A stretch of DNA of 64,000 nt from Octopus vulgaris (GCA_951406725.2 OX597833.1:54684001-54748000), one strand, 5' to 3'. Positions 41,864 through 55,492 are shown, counted from the first letter of the stretch. The notes: generated from the letters alone by a model not told the origin. Made by a program: numbers and translations.

Positions 41864-42273
41864 AGGTGTAGGAGTGGCAGTGTGGTAAGTAGCTTGCTTA
41901 CAAACCACATGGTTCCAGGTTCAGTCCCACTGTGTGCCACCTTGGGCAAGTGTCTTCTACTATAGCCTTGGGCTGACCAAAGCCTTGTGAGTGGATTTGG
42001 TAGACAGAAACTGAAAGAAGCCCGTCATATATATGTATATATGTATGTATGTATGTGTGTGTATATGTTTGTATGTCTGTTTGTCCCCCGAACATCGCTT
42101 GACAACCGATGCTGATGCGTTTACATGCCCGTAACATAGCAGTTTGGCAAAAGAGACCGAAAGAATAAGTACTAGGCTTCCAAAGAATAAGTCCCGGGGT
42201 CGATTTGCTCAACTAAAGGCAGTGCTCCAGCATGGCCACAGTGAAACGACCGAAACAAGTAAAAGAGTAAAAG
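41864..42273 (+). mobile_element. SINE A, full length
   Basis: Family A modules. Confidence 0.9.
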
Positions 42274-42288
42274 ATATATATATATATA

Positions 42289-43263
42289 GACTGTATGATG
42301 CGTGTGTACGAACAGCCATGCTACATGGCAGTGAAACATGGGCCGTGACTGCGGAGGATATGCGTAAGCTTGCAAGAAATGAAGCCAGTATGCTCCAATG
42401 GATGTGTAATGTCAGCATTCATACTTGGCAGAGTGTAAGTACCTTGAGAGAAAAGCTGGACCTAAGAAGCATCAGCTGTGGTGTGCAAGAGAGACGTTTG
42501 CGCTGGTATGGTCATGTGGCGAGAATGGTTGAAGATAGTTGTGTGAAAAAGTGCCACACCCTAGCGGTTGAAGGAACCTGCGGAAGAGGCAGACCCAGGA
42601 AAACCTGGGACGAGGTGGTGAAGCACGACCTTCGAACTTTAGGTCTCATTGAGGAAATGACTAGAGACCGGGACCTCTGGAAGTGTGTTGTGCGCGAAAA
42701 GACCTGGCAGGACAAGTGAGTCCATAACCCGTGGCCTTCTACATGGGATGGAGCCAGCCTACGTATGCATACCTTCCCTTCTTGGGACACAAAACTCTAC
42801 TTGTGAAGACCTGTTGAGGCAAGTGAGGATCAGAATCGAAATCGATCAATGGAAATTGCAGATGTGTTACCAGTGCCAGTGGCATGTAAGAGAACCATCC
42901 GTTCGCGACCGTTGCCAGCGCCGCCCCGACTGGCCTCGTGCCGGTGGCACGTAAAAAGCACCATCCGTTCGTGTCCGTTGCCAGCCTCGCCTAGCCCCGT
43001 GCCGGTGGCACATAAAAAGCACCATCCGTTCGTGGCCGTTTGCCAGCTCTGTCTGGCACCTGTGCGGGTGGCACATAAAAAGCACCCACTACACTCACGG
43101 AGTGGTTGGCGTTAGGAAGGGCATCCAGCCGTAGAAACACTGCCAGATCTGACTGGGCCTGATGAAGCCTTCTGGCTTCACAGACCCCAGTTGAACCGTC
43201 CAACCCATGCTAGCATGGAAAACGGACGCTAAACGATGATGATGATGATGATGATGATGATGA
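42289..43263 (+). mobile_element. 5'-truncated RTE-clade LINE (ORF C-terminus 42289-42719, 3' UTR, (GAT)n tail), flanked by (TA)n
   Basis: LYDACVRTAMLHGSETW..RRLRWYGHVARM..GRGRPRKTWDEVVKHDL..DRDLWK. Confidence 0.92.
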
Positions 43264-43278
43264 TATATATATATATAC

Positions 43279-43349
<71 letters not shown>

Positions 43350-43800
43350 CAGATATGAATACATACATGCATACATATATACATACATATATTCATATAT
43401 ATATATATATATATATATGACAGGGCTAGCTAGGTTAAGATTAAAATCTACCAAACTTCTATCTCTAAACTGTCTGAGAGAAAGTAAGCGTTGCAGCAGA
43501 ACTACAGAAATGAAATGAAGTCCAAAAAATTGGATAAGTTCGACGACTGCCAAAAACATGACAGATGCTTCCATCAACATTTTTAATTGGGTTGTGTAGT
43601 GAGACCATTGCAGGTGAACCAACATACCTTGCTACTGTCAGATCAGGTTAATGTAGGTGAAATTTTGGACGGCTTCATCTGAAGAATTTCGCTATGTTTT
43701 TGTTTCTTTGTTTTACATATATGGGAAGAAATCCGGTTTTTTTTTTTTTTTTTCCAGATATACAGTTCGTATTTATTCTGGCTGGTTAACACCTTTCGTG

Positions 43801-46590
43801 TTAATAATAATAATAATAATAATAATTGTGTACAGTGCTCAGGTGCACTACAACTCATCTAAAGTGTATATATAATCAGGTGAAGTTTCGGCGGATTTCG
43901 GAAAGCATGAGGGCCTTAAAAGATGCAGTGTCATGGCAGTCAACAACTGACGCAGGCAGTTTATTCCATGCTTCAGCAACTCTGAGCGTGAAAAAATGTT
44001 TCCGAAAGTCATGGGAGCTGTATTGTTTTCTGACTTTGTAGGCATGTCCACGTGTGTTAGACACATGGAGATCAAAAAGGTGTTCAGTGTTGTTGTTGGT
44101 GAGGTGGTTGATAACTTTGTGGGTGTTTACCAAGTCCGTCGCCAAACGCCGGAGCTTCAGTGAATCCATGCCCAGGGAAACAAGGCGCTCAGAATATGGT
44201 AGGTGTCTGATGGAGGGTATGCGTTTGGTTGCACGTCTCTGGACAGATTCCAGGAGGTCAATGTTCTGTGCAAGATAGGGGTTCCAAACTGATGATGCGA
44301 ATTCCAAGTGTGGTCGTACCATAGCTGTATACAGTTTTAAATAGATGGCTGGAGAGCGGCTAACAAAAGACCTGCTGAGTGATGCCAAGACACCCTCGGC
44401 CTTCCTGACAATCTTAGAGATATGCTTTGACCAACGCAAATCACTGCTGACAGTGATGCCTAGGTCACGCTCGCAAGAGGATTTCTTGATATCAGTGTTG
44501 TGGAGGGAGTATGTGAACGCAGGGTTTTTTCTCCCAAAATGCATGGTGGTACACTTGTCCACAGCCAGTTTCAGTTGCCAGTCTGTGATCCATTGCTGCA
44601 TTGTGTCTAGGTCTGATTGCAGGAAAGAGTTGTAGACATCAGGATCTGTCCTCTTGATTTCAAGGTACAGCTTGATGTCGTCTGCATATTTCAATACTGT
44701 GGCATTCTTTAAATTGGCATCTATGTCGTTAATGTATGCCACAAACAAGAGGGGGCCAAGGACAGATCCCTGTGAGACTGACTGGGCGATAGTTGACAGG
44801 TGATGTGCGGTCGCCCTTTTTGAACAGAGGAATGACACTGGCAGTTTTCCACTGCTCCGGAGTAGCACCATTGTTGAGACAGTACTGGAAGAAAATAGAA
44901 AGCTGGTGTAAAAGGAAGTGCCTGCCACGTTTGAGAAGCAGGTATGTAACTCCATCGAGACCAGGGGAGGCATAGTTGCGCTTATTTTGAAGGTGACGTC
45001 GCAGCATTGCAGGTGTAAATTCCATAGTTGTTATGGAGTTTGCTGTTAGTGATGGTGAAGATGGTACATTTTGACTTTCAACAGTGAATATGTTTGCATA
45101 GCACTCGGCAATGAGTTCTGCGCATTCCTTGGGGTCGTCAGTGATCTGGTTTGTGTGAGGGTTGCGAAGAGGGCCCACTGGAGAGTGAGGTCTCTGCTTT
45201 GAGTGCACATATTTCCAGAAAACCTTGCTGTCAGGATTGGCTGCTATGCACTGTTCAAATTCAAGCACTGCTTTTTTGTCACTTGCTTGAGATGGTTGGA
45301 GGATTTATTCCGCTTCTTCCTGTTGGTGTCTGATTTATGCAACCTGTATTCCCGTTCAGCAGTCCGACGTTCCCTCCTGGCAAGTCGGACCGCTGAAGTT
45401 TCCCAAATTGCCCTTTTGGGGCGGTTCTTCTTTTTTTGTTTACGTGGCACTGATGCTGCACATGCTGCCCATATTGAGTCCAGGATACTCTGGAGTATAG
45501 TATTCACATCTCCAGAGTTGTAGAATTCACGCCAGTTTGGGTGCTGTAGTTCAGTGTGGTACAGGTTCCAATCTGCTCTCTTCCAATCGAAGGAAGCAGA
45601 TTGGAGATGGTTCAGGTTTTTGTTGCCCGCAAGAGCCAGATTGGCGATGATCATAGCATGATCAGAGTCACCTAGAGGTTCCTCCGTAGTGCAATTGATA
45701 ACCGCTTCAGGAGTTGTGGTGAAGAGCAGGTCCAAGGTGTTGTCGCCTCTTGTTGGAGAGGTGACTACTTGTGACCAGTTTGAGTCCAGCACAAGCTCAA
45801 CAAAATCGTTTGCACTCTGTGGCCAATGGAAGGTCTCCCAATCGATCTCAGGATGATTGAAATCGCCTGCAATAAACACATAAGTGGCTGTTTTCCTGGC
45901 AGCAGCTCGGAGGACATTGCAAAGCTGTGTGTCCCGATGGTAACTTGGGGGACGATAAACAACGCCAAGCAGGAGTGTTGACATGGTCATACGCACGTCA
46001 CAGAAAAAAACTTCTTCTTGTGATTCGTTCAAATCGGCACAAGGAATTACCAAAAAATTTGAACGAACGTAGACCATCACACCACCACCACGGCGGTTAG
46101 TGCGGTCCTTACGGAAGAGGTTGTACCCCGTAATGTTGAAAACCCCATCACAGAGTAAGGAATGCGCCCATGTTTCCGTGACAGTGATGAAGTCAGGGTC
46201 AACACTTCTGACGTAGGCGTTGAACAAATGTATTTTGTTGCATAAACTGCGAGCATTTAAGGACAACAATTTGTACCCTGCTCGCAGTTTATGATGGTGT
46301 GTAGAGGATGGCAGGTTGTTCTGGCTTAGTTTCCCTGAGTTGCTGTAGTTTTTTTAGTTATTGTGGGTAGAGAGCACTCAGACCAGCTGGTATCTCTCTT
46401 CCACGTTTCAGCAGTCTTGACAAATCTCCAGATTTGTCCATCTTCCCGAAGACTGAAGCTTTCCTGTAGAGCTGAGTTCCTATTCAGGGAAGCCACTACA
46501 CGTAGCTTTGGGCGTACATCGGACGGTAAGCCTGGGCGTGTTCGGAAGGTGGTCCGATTTTCCCGATTTTCCCGTGTTCATCTAGCATGT
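43801..46590 (-). mobile_element. 5'-truncated CR1-clade LINE with (ATT)n tail
   Basis: ORF1 C-terminal remnant (~46578-46326), APE and RT domains, short 3' UTR. Confidence 0.92.
43876..46352 (-). pseudogene. CR1 ORF2 (apurinic endonuclease and reverse transcriptase), disrupted
   Basis: LNARSL, TETW, GGGV, YRPP, GDFN, LDL, SDH; SPGLDG, NYRPVSLT, QGSVLGPLLF, YADD, ERDLG, VRPHLEF, WNPY, LESVQRRATK, HFFTLRVAEAWNKLP. Frameshift at ~45272 and an RT deletion at ~44775. Confidence 0.92.
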
Positions 46591-46935
46591 AAGGCAGAAC
46601 CGGGGGAGGTGGGGTGGAGGGATGGAGGGTGGTAGGGAGGTAGGGAAAAAGTTTTGGTGCTTCTTTTTAAGGGTTGGGGTTGTTTTTTTTTATTTGTTTT
46701 TGTTTTTGTTTTTGTTTTTTTTCGTGGTAATATGACAGGACGTGATTAAAAAGATACAATATAAAAGAAAATAAAATAAAAAAAAATATATATATATAAG
46801 TAAAAAAAAAAAAATTGGTAATTTCAGTTACAGTAACTGAATTAGCTTTACTGCTGCAGCTGCTGTTTTTAGTTGTTGCTGGTAGTGGTGGTGGTCATGG
46901 CGAAGGCTGTGGTGGTCGTGATGTTGTTCTTGTTT

Positions 46936-47318
46936 GTGACTGTGTGGTAAGTAGCTTGCTTACAAACCACATGGTTCCGGGTTCAGTCCCACTGCATGGC
47001 ACCTTGGGCAAGTGTCTTCTACTATAGCCTCGGGCTGACCAAAGCCTTGTGAGTGGATTTGGTAGATGGAAACTGAAAAGAAGCCCATCGTATATATGTA
47101 TATATATGTGTTTGTGTGTCTGTGTTTGTTCCCCCAACATTGCTTGACAACCGATGCTGGTGTGTTTACGTCCCCGTAACTTAGCGGTTTGGCAAAAAAA
47201 TATAGCATAAGTACTAGGCTTACAAAGAAAAAGTCCTGGGGTCGATTTTCTCGACTAAAGGCGGTGCTCCAGCATGGCCACAGTCAAATGACTGAAACAA
47301 GTAAAAGAGTAAAAGAGT
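46936..47318 (+). mobile_element. SINE A
   Basis: Family A modules. Confidence 0.9.
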
Positions 47319-47804
47319 ATTATATTGTTGTGCTCAAAAATTAATCATTTTGTTTAGGAGTTATTAATTTTCTGGGTGTCAATCGAAGCTTTTTGTTATA
47401 CGTGTTGTATCAGAAAAAATAAGTATGATTATAAATGGTTGTTTTATGGAACAAACAAAATATTTTGGCATTCGTGAAAGAGAATGAGAGAGAATAAATG
47501 TGCAATTAATAGACACTGATATTTTCACGGAATTTATTACGTTAATGTTAGAAAACAGGTCACCTTTGAAAAAAAAAATATTTTTTAGCATTTATTTGTC
47601 ATAAATTTATGTTGAAAACTTATTTTCATTGCAGATCATCAATTTTTAAATATTCATGGAAATAACATTCATGATAATAAGCTAATTCCAAACACTTGAT
47701 ATTTAAATTTTCATTGTTATTTGATAAATTTGGTAAATTTTGATTTTATTAACAGAATTGAATTTTTTTTTTAAAGTTACCTGGTTCTTTTTATAACCAT
47801 TTAT

Positions 47805-48260
47805 TATCATCACCATCCTCCTCCTCCTCATCATCATCATCATTATCATCATCATCATCATCATCATCCTCATCATCATCATCCTCATCATCATCCCCAT
47901 CATCCTCATCATTCTCATCATCATCCTCATCATCATCATCATCCTCATCATCATCATCATCATCCCCATCTTCCTCATCATCCTCATCATCATCATCCTC
48001 ATCATCATCATCCCCATCTTCCTCATCATCCTCATCATCATCATCCTCATCATCATCATCCTCATCATCATCTTCCTCATCATCATCCTCCTCATCATCA
48101 TCACCATCATCACCCTCATCATCCTCATCATCATCCTCATCATCTTCATCATCATCCTCATCCCCATCCTCATCATCATCATCGTTTAATGGACGTTAAA
48201 CGATGGTGATGATGATGATGATGATGAGGAGGAGGAGGAGGAGGAGGAGGAGGATAGGAG
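47805..48260. repeat. (CAT)/(CCT) microsatellite followed by inverted (GAT)(GAG)
   Basis: Direct inspection; two RTE tail ends appear fused back to back at ~48183-48203. Confidence 0.9.
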
Positions 48261-48996
48261 GATGAAGTATTTGTTTTGTATTAACCCTTTAACATTTAAT
48301 CAAACTAGTCATGTCCAGCCCCAAATATTCCCCCTGCTTCATGTTCAAACTGGCCAGGTCTGGCTGCTCATGCATATCCTACAATGTCATTATAAAAAAA
48401 ATAAACAATCATATATAGTTGCAGGAGAGGCTGTGGGGCATAGGTGCAGGAGTGGCTATGTGGTAAGAAGCTTGCTTCCCAGCCACATGGTTCCAGGTTC
48501 AGTCCCATTGCATGGCACCTTGAGCAAGTGTCTTCTACTATAGCTTCAGGCTGACCAAAGATTTATGAGTGGATTTGGTAGACAGATACTGAAAGAAGCC
48601 CATTTTATTTATTTATATATATATATATATCATCATCATCATCATCATCATCATCATCGTTTAACGTATTGGTAAAAATGGTAAGATAACAAAAGAAAGA
48701 AAGAGACCTCAATATTATGTAAATAGAGGAGTTTATTTACATAATATAATTGTCATATATTATATTATAATTGCTACCGAATAATTGTCACATATTATAT
48801 CATAATTGCTACCGAATATTCGTCACATATTATATTTACAGATATATATATAAATATAATAACAGTTTAACTAGGTGTAAAATACATCTAATGGATATTA
48901 AATATTCAAAGAATTTACTGGTTTATATTACCTATATCAATAACAATGTTACTCCAAGGGGTAAATAAAAAATAAACTTACAGTTTACTAATATAT

Positions 48997-49305
48997 AAAT
49001 ATACATCAGAAATGGAAAACAAAACAAAAAATTGAATGATTATAAATTCAATTCAATTTGAATATTTTATACAAATATTTTTTGATATTTCTCTTCAAAT
49101 ATTTAAGCAGATATGTCTATCTGATGAAGCATCATTACATATATAAATGGATTTGATTATTCTTGAAACACTTCATTTTATGATGAAGTGGAAGCAGCTG
49201 TAATTTATGAGATGTGTCATATTTATTTGTATAAAATATTTAAATTGAATTGAATTTATAACTGTTCAATTTATTGTTTTGTTTTCCATCTCTGATTTAT
49301 ATATA
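48997..49305. mobile_element. AT-rich foldback element with ~80-bp inverted arms and a degenerate CTGATGA..GAAAC core
   Basis: ATCAGAAATGGAAAACAAAACAA..TATACAAATA versus its reverse complement at 49225-49300. Confidence 0.55.
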
Positions 49306-49332
49306 TATGTATAGATATATATATATATATAT

Positions 49333-49898
49333 ATGATGATGGCCGTCCACTCGTGACCGAGGAAGACCATTGCCGACCTTCAGGAACATTGTGCGCTCTA
49401 GGACTAACTTATATTTTGCATTTGTGGCTCCGTTGGTGGCTAATGAGCCCTGCTCTTAACAAGCATACATGACTGCAAACATTGCAGACCAAGCTTTCCC
49501 TATTCACTATACGAGCCGTGCGCTTTCGCGCAGCTCACTTAAGTTCTTCAGGCTGAATACGTGCTCTCTCAAAAGTGTCGATCCCCTCCTTAACCTGCTT
49601 CCTCCATCTGTGGCGATGACAGTCATTGTTCTCCCAGTCAGTGTCCTGCATATCAAAGGCCTTTAATGAGGACTTGACACAGTCCTTAAATCGCAGCCTT
49701 GCTTTCTGCCGGAGTCTCCTTCCATTCACAAGTTCTTCATAGAGCATCTGCTTATGAATCCTTCTATCCTCCATTCTAATAAGGTGTCCAGTTCAACGCA
49801 ACCAGTGCCTGTGTACCATCGCCTCAATACTCAAGATATCAGCTGTCCTCAAGATCTGTGTGTCTGGAATTTTTGAAGTCCAACCAACATTGAGAATA
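49333..49898 (-). mobile_element. RTE-BovB-type LINE 3' fragment
   Basis: MEDRRIHKQMLYEELVNGRR..RLRFKDCVKSSLK..WRKQV, then a C-terminal CxxC..HxxxH finger; (CAT)n tail. Confidence 0.88.
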
Positions 49899-50149
49899 TA
49901 TATATATATATATACATACATACATATATATATGTTTGTGTGTCTGTGTTTGTACCCCCACCATCACTTGACAATTGATGTTGGTGTGTTTACATCCTTG
50001 TAAGTTAGCAGTTCAGCAAAAGTGACCGATAGAATAAGTACTAGACTCACAAAAAATAAGTCCTGGGGTTGATTCGTTCAACTAAAGGTGGTGCTCCAGC
50101 ATGGCTGCAGTCAAACGAATGAAACAAGTGAAAGAATAAAAGAATAAAC

Positions 50150-50833
50150 AAGCAGTACATTTGACAGAGTAATCTGAATGCTAAAGGTTCAAAACCAACC
50201 ATATCAGACCCAAGTATTTTCTACCTGTTTTATATTTAAACCAGCTAGATCTGGCCTCTTAAACCTACTCTACAATGTCATTCTAAAAATAAACAATCAC
50301 AGCATTGAAATCGTGAAGCTATAATATAATGCAGGATTAATTCAAAACAATGTGTGTAAATAAGTGCTCCATTAACCATTAAGCAAAATAAGCACGTGCT
50401 TAGGGCATCAAGGGAAGGAGGGAGCGCCACAGAAATTGTAAATGGTTTGTGGCACAAAAGAAATCAGTTTAAACTTGCTAACATAATATTCGGGATGCCT
50501 CGTCTCTGCAAAGTATAGAAGCAGACGTTTTACATAAGATTAATTTTGAGGATCTGATTCAAAGATTTTGCAATTCAAAAAAGTAGGAGAAAACTTTTCA
50601 AATATAAATAATATGGAAGTCTACAAAAATAAACATTATTTTCCGTCTGACTGTTAATTTTGTTTCATTTTGAAAAATAAAAATTTATTTTGTGGTTTAT
50701 CATTGTTTACATTTCAAATTGTATATGGAGACCCCAAAATCTTTTGCGTGCTTAGGAGCTTTACGGGCTTTAATCAGGCCCTGATAAATAAGTAATACAT
50801 TTGACAGAATAATCTGAAAGCTAAAAGGGTTAA
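50150..50833. mobile_element. piggyBac-like MITE remnant (right end AAGGG-TTAA; left-end paralogue at 48281-48410) hosting a hAT-like MITE
   Basis: Shared internal sequence with 48281-48410; TTAA termini. Confidence 0.55.
50362..50783. mobile_element. hAT-like MITE, second copy
   Basis: Homologous to 3902-4329. Confidence 0.75.
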
Positions 50834-50874
50834 TAATTTCTAGGGTCCTTCACAGAAAAATTAACTCTTTAACC

Positions 50875-51101
50875 ACTCTTTTACTCTTTTACTTGCTTCA
50901 GTCATGTGACCGTGGCCATGCTGGAGCACCACCTTTAGTCAAACAAATCAACATGAGGACTTATTCTTTGTAAGCCTAGTACTTATTCTATCAGTCTCTT
51001 TTTCCCAAACTGCTAAGTTATGGGGACGTAAACACACCAGCATCAGTTGTCGAGCGATGTTGGGGGGACAAACACTGACACACAAACATATACACACACA
51101 A

Positions 51102-51168
<67 letters not shown>

Positions 51169-51325
51169 TACAACGGGCTCTTTCAGTTTCCGTCGACCAA
51201 ATCCACTCACAAGGCTTTGGTCAGCCCGAGGCTATAGTAGAAGACACTTGCCCAAGGTGCCACGCAGTGGGACTGAACCCAGAACCATATGGTTTGTAAG
51301 CAAGCTGCTTACCACACAGCCACTC
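50875..51325 (-). mobile_element. SINE A, full length
   Basis: Family A modules. Confidence 0.9.
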
Positions 51326-51817
51326 CAACGCCACTCAAAATTTTATGACACTTAATTGCAGAAATCAGTTTTATATACAAGCCTATATTTTTGTTGAGGG
51401 ATGATATGCTTAGAACTATTTCTTGATGAGATATATCAACTTTATTGAGGCAAGGTGACTTGCCAAAAATACCAGTTCTATTTTTGGGTAGATATTTGTG
51501 TATGTGTGTGTAATCCCAGAGAGAAGACAAAGAAAGAGTCTGACACATCTTCAATGACTAGTTAATACTCCATCTTCTACCCTTTCAAGACCTTGAACAG
51601 TTTTCAATTGAGAATGGAACAAAAATAAAGTTATATCTATAAGTATACAATTACATTCATAGATCCACATTTAAAAATGGATTTGTTTCATTGGTCCTTT
51701 CAACCAACTGTCTTTTCAATGGCCGGTTATTTGAAATTACAATTACGACTTAAAATCATATTATTAGAAAAATCGAAGGAAACCTTAAATCAAAATCAAA
51801 ACCAAAAATTAGCTTTA

Positions 51818-51859
<42 letters not shown>

Positions 51860-51987
51860 ATGCATGTGCGTGTGTATGTGTGCATGTCTGTGTATATATG
51901 TGTGTGTATATATATGTATATAAATGTATATATATACACATATGTATATATATATATGTATATATATGTATATATATATGTATATAA

Positions 51988-52023
<36 letters not shown>

Positions 52024-52025
52024 GT

Positions 52026-52129
<104 letters not shown>

Positions 52130-52760
52130 ATGTGTGTGTGTGTGAAATAATTCATTTTTAATGGTAGAACTCAAAGTAGATAAAGCTACAAATGATGGTG
52201 CATAGAAAATCGTGTTAAGAAAATACTTCGATGAATGAAGTGAAAGTTAAAGGCTTGCTTTCATTTCGTTCTCTTGTTTTTTTTTTGTTCCCCTCCCCCC
52301 CGCTGCCAATCCAAGGGTTTCTTTTTCACCAAGTATTCTACATGCTATTAATTATAGCTTTATCAACTTTGACTTCCATGGTTCAGAATGATTCATTTCA
52401 CATTCCTCAACGTTTCAAAATTCCTATGATGTAAGCATAGATTTATATATATGTATGTAGTTGCCAAATGGACACAGAGAGGGTACTTTTCATACCTCAT
52501 CATCATCATCATCATCATCGTTTAACGTCCGATTTCCATGCTGGCATAGGTTGGACGGTTTGACTGGGGACTGGCGAACCAGATGGCTGCACCACGCTCC
52601 AATCTGATCTGGCAGAGTTTCTACAGCTGGATGCCCTTCCTAACGCCAACCACTCCAAAAGTGTAGTAGGTACTTTTACGTGCCACTGGCATGAGGGTCT
52701 GTCAGGTGGTACTGGCAATGGCCATGCTCAAATAGTGTTTTTTACATGTCACCTGTACAC

Positions 52761-53032
52761 GGGTTTCTGGGTATTTACCCGTCATCAGTGCATGACAATC
52801 ACCGGTCTTCGATCCAAAGGGGTCCCAATGCAAATACATATACCCAGAAACCCAGGTCCGGACGTATCACGTCAGGCCGACGAAGGGAAGGTTGGCTTCC
52901 CTTTGCAAATACTGATAGGGCACAGAAAGTGTGTCAATAACCAGCTGGAGAAGATGTTCTCCTGGGGCTACAAGCTACAGTAGCATCCACCCTTAGTGGT
53001 TAGCCACACTTAATTGGCAAATATACTTCACA
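52761..53032. mobile_element. Penelope-like short element with an inverted hammerhead segment
   Basis: Minus strand 52788-52761 reads CTGATGA-C-GGGTA-AA-TACCC-A-GAAAC; plus strand 52840-52858 reads ATACCCAGAAACCCAGGTC; 3' end shared with 32620-32732. Confidence 0.55.
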
Positions 53033-53142
53033 TATATATATATAGTTAATCCAAACATGAACACAGAGAAAACACAACAACGTGAGAACGTGGAACAAGT
53101 ATAGTGTTATTGGACGCTCAGGAAAGGAAAGAAAGAAGGAGG

Positions 53143-53177
53143 ATTTAACGTTTCGAGCAGATCTCTCCGGCAGAAAC
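53143..53177 (-). ncRNA. Degenerate minimal hammerhead in element 53044-53250
   Basis: GTTT-CTGCCGG-A-GAGA-TCT-GCTC-GAAAC-GT-T-AAAT. Confidence 0.5.
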
Positions 53178-53604
53178 ATAGAAAAAGGAAAGGTCCAAGG
53201 AAGGGAAAACGGAGAAAGAAAATCACCAACGATACTCATGCAGTCACATATATGTATGCGCTCCATATAAATCTTTCTGAAGTTTGTAAGTTCATTGTAT
53301 AGAGTGATTGTAGTCGCAATTTAGTCAAAGGAGACAGATGTTTAGCCATAATGATTTTTGTCTTGCAACGGATATTTGCATTTGTGTTTTTCAAAATAGA
53401 CAGATTTTCTTCAAAAGTTTTGACAAAATTTTGTCAAAATTAAATTTAAAATTGTTCACAGTTTGGGTATCCTTTCTTTTCAAGTTGTTTTTTATAATTC
53501 TACAATTGTATTTAACCATACATGTGTGTGTATGTGCGTGTGTGTGTGTGTGTGTATGCACTCATCTCTTGACATAGCATGAGGTTTCTAGGTGAACGTC
53601 ACTG

Positions 53605-53959
53605 ATGGTATTGGTGTTGTTGTTGTTGTTGCTGTTGGTGGTGGTAGTGATGACAACGATGACAATGATGATGACACGACTACAATGAAGACAATGATGA
53701 TGATGATGAAGACTGATGATGATGATGGTGGTGGTGGTTGTGGTGGTGACGATGATGATGATGGTGGTGGTGTTGGTGGTGGTGGTGGCAATGATGGTGG
53801 TGGTGGTGGTGGTGAAGATGATGGTGTTGGTGGTTGTGGTGGCGATGATGATGATGATGATGGTGTTGGTGTTGGTGGTTGTGGTGGTGATGAAGATGAT
53901 GGTGGTGGTGGTGGTGGTGATGAAGATGATGGTGTTGGTGGTTGTGGTGGTGGTGATGA

Positions 53960-53991
<32 letters not shown>

Positions 53992-54125
53992 TTGGTGGTG
54001 GCGATGATGATGGTGGTGGCGATGATGATGATGATGGTGGTGATGGTGGTGGTGGTGTTGGTGGTGGTGGCGATGATGATGATGATGATGATGACGGTGA
54101 TGACGTGATGGTGGTGGTGATGATG
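53605..54125. repeat. (GGT)/(GAT) compound microsatellite (similar tracts at 57328-57682 and 59005-59262)
   Basis: Direct inspection. Confidence 0.92.
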
Positions 54126-54958
54126 ATACTTACGAGCACACTCAGGAACAGAACATCCACGCAAAATACACAAGACTGTATTAAAACCAGTGGTTATTAT
54201 TATCATTATTATTATTTTTTTTTTTTTTTTGGTTATAAGTAAAAGTTCTTTGTTGAAATCCTGTCTGATACCCTATACAAATCTGGGAACAACAAAACAA
54301 ACCGTCGACAATCGGTTGATCAGACCGGGTTATAAAGCAGAGCGAAGTTGTAAATATCAAATAAAATTTCATCTCTAAAGATGAGTTTAAGATTCTGAAA
54401 AATTATAATCTTATTAACGGAATTCTTTCTCCGAATTTGTTTGTGATTTTTATCCAAATGTATATAAGCAGCAGTAAGGTATGCACTTTCCTACCTTTCA
54501 GACCATTATTTCTTTGAATATATTATTCTATCATATCCATCCGTCCCAACGATATCTTCTCTCCTGGTCATGTCAATAACTTGGAAATATCCTATCATGT
54601 TCTTTTTGTTTTTTTGTCTTTCTTCTTTTCTCGTATGTTTGGTTGAGAGCAGAAGAAATGACGGAATAAGAAAAAAATAAAAATTTTAATTTTTACCGTT
54701 ACGAGATAGATGTGGAATGTAAACAATTGCTGTAAGGATTTTCTATTGATAAAATTCTGTAATCTTCATCCAATGTTTCTGAAAAGTTTGTTTTTTGTTT
54801 TGTTTTTTTTTTCCGCTTTTTAATCTCGCCGGAGATTGTTAATCCGTATCAACTCTCAATCTATCCACTCAGTATCTGAGCTTAATTCTGTTTTTGAAAA
54901 GTTCAAGCTTTAATTTTACATGGCTTATTTTCAAAATATGTTTTGACTCAATAATGAT

Positions 54959-54991
<33 letters not shown>

Positions 54992-55228
54992 AATAATAAT
55001 AATAATCCTTTCTCCTATAGGCACAAGGCCTGAATTTTTTTGTGGTGGGAGGGGGGGGCAGTCAATTAGATCGATTCCAGTACGCAACTGGTACTTAATT
55101 TATGGACCCTGAAAGGATGAAAAGCAAGGTCGACCTCAGCAGAATTAGAACTCAGAACGCAGTGATGGGTGAAATACCGCTAAGTATTTAATCCAGAGGG
55201 CTAATGATTCTGCCAGCTAGCCACATTC

Positions 55229-55274
<46 letters not shown>

Positions 55275-55353
55275 TGATGATGATGATGATGATGATGATG
55301 CATGCTAACGTTTCTGCCAGCTCACTGCCTTATATATATATGTATATATGTAA

Positions 55354-55417
<64 letters not shown>

Positions 55418-55492
55418 GTACATATATATATAACTCATGCTTGTCCAACCCATGCTAGCATAGAAAGCGGATGTTAAGCGATGATGATGATG

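Noticed and set aside
42872-43090. CRISPR-like appearance (palindromic repeat with variable spacers)
   Set aside because: The spacers are homologous to each other, the array lies in a LINE 3' UTR in eukaryotic DNA, and there are no cas genes.
47703-48182. Met/Arg-rich ORF, superficially reflectin- or protamine-like
   Set aside because: Pure (ATG)/(AGG) repeat with no reflectin motif (no Tyr, Asp or Trp); it is an expanded RTE tail.
53562-54242. Gly/Asp-rich and Pro/Ser-rich ORFs (also 57087-58003 and 59007-59321)
   Set aside because: Trinucleotide repeats open in nearly all frames on both strands, with no splice context or domain.
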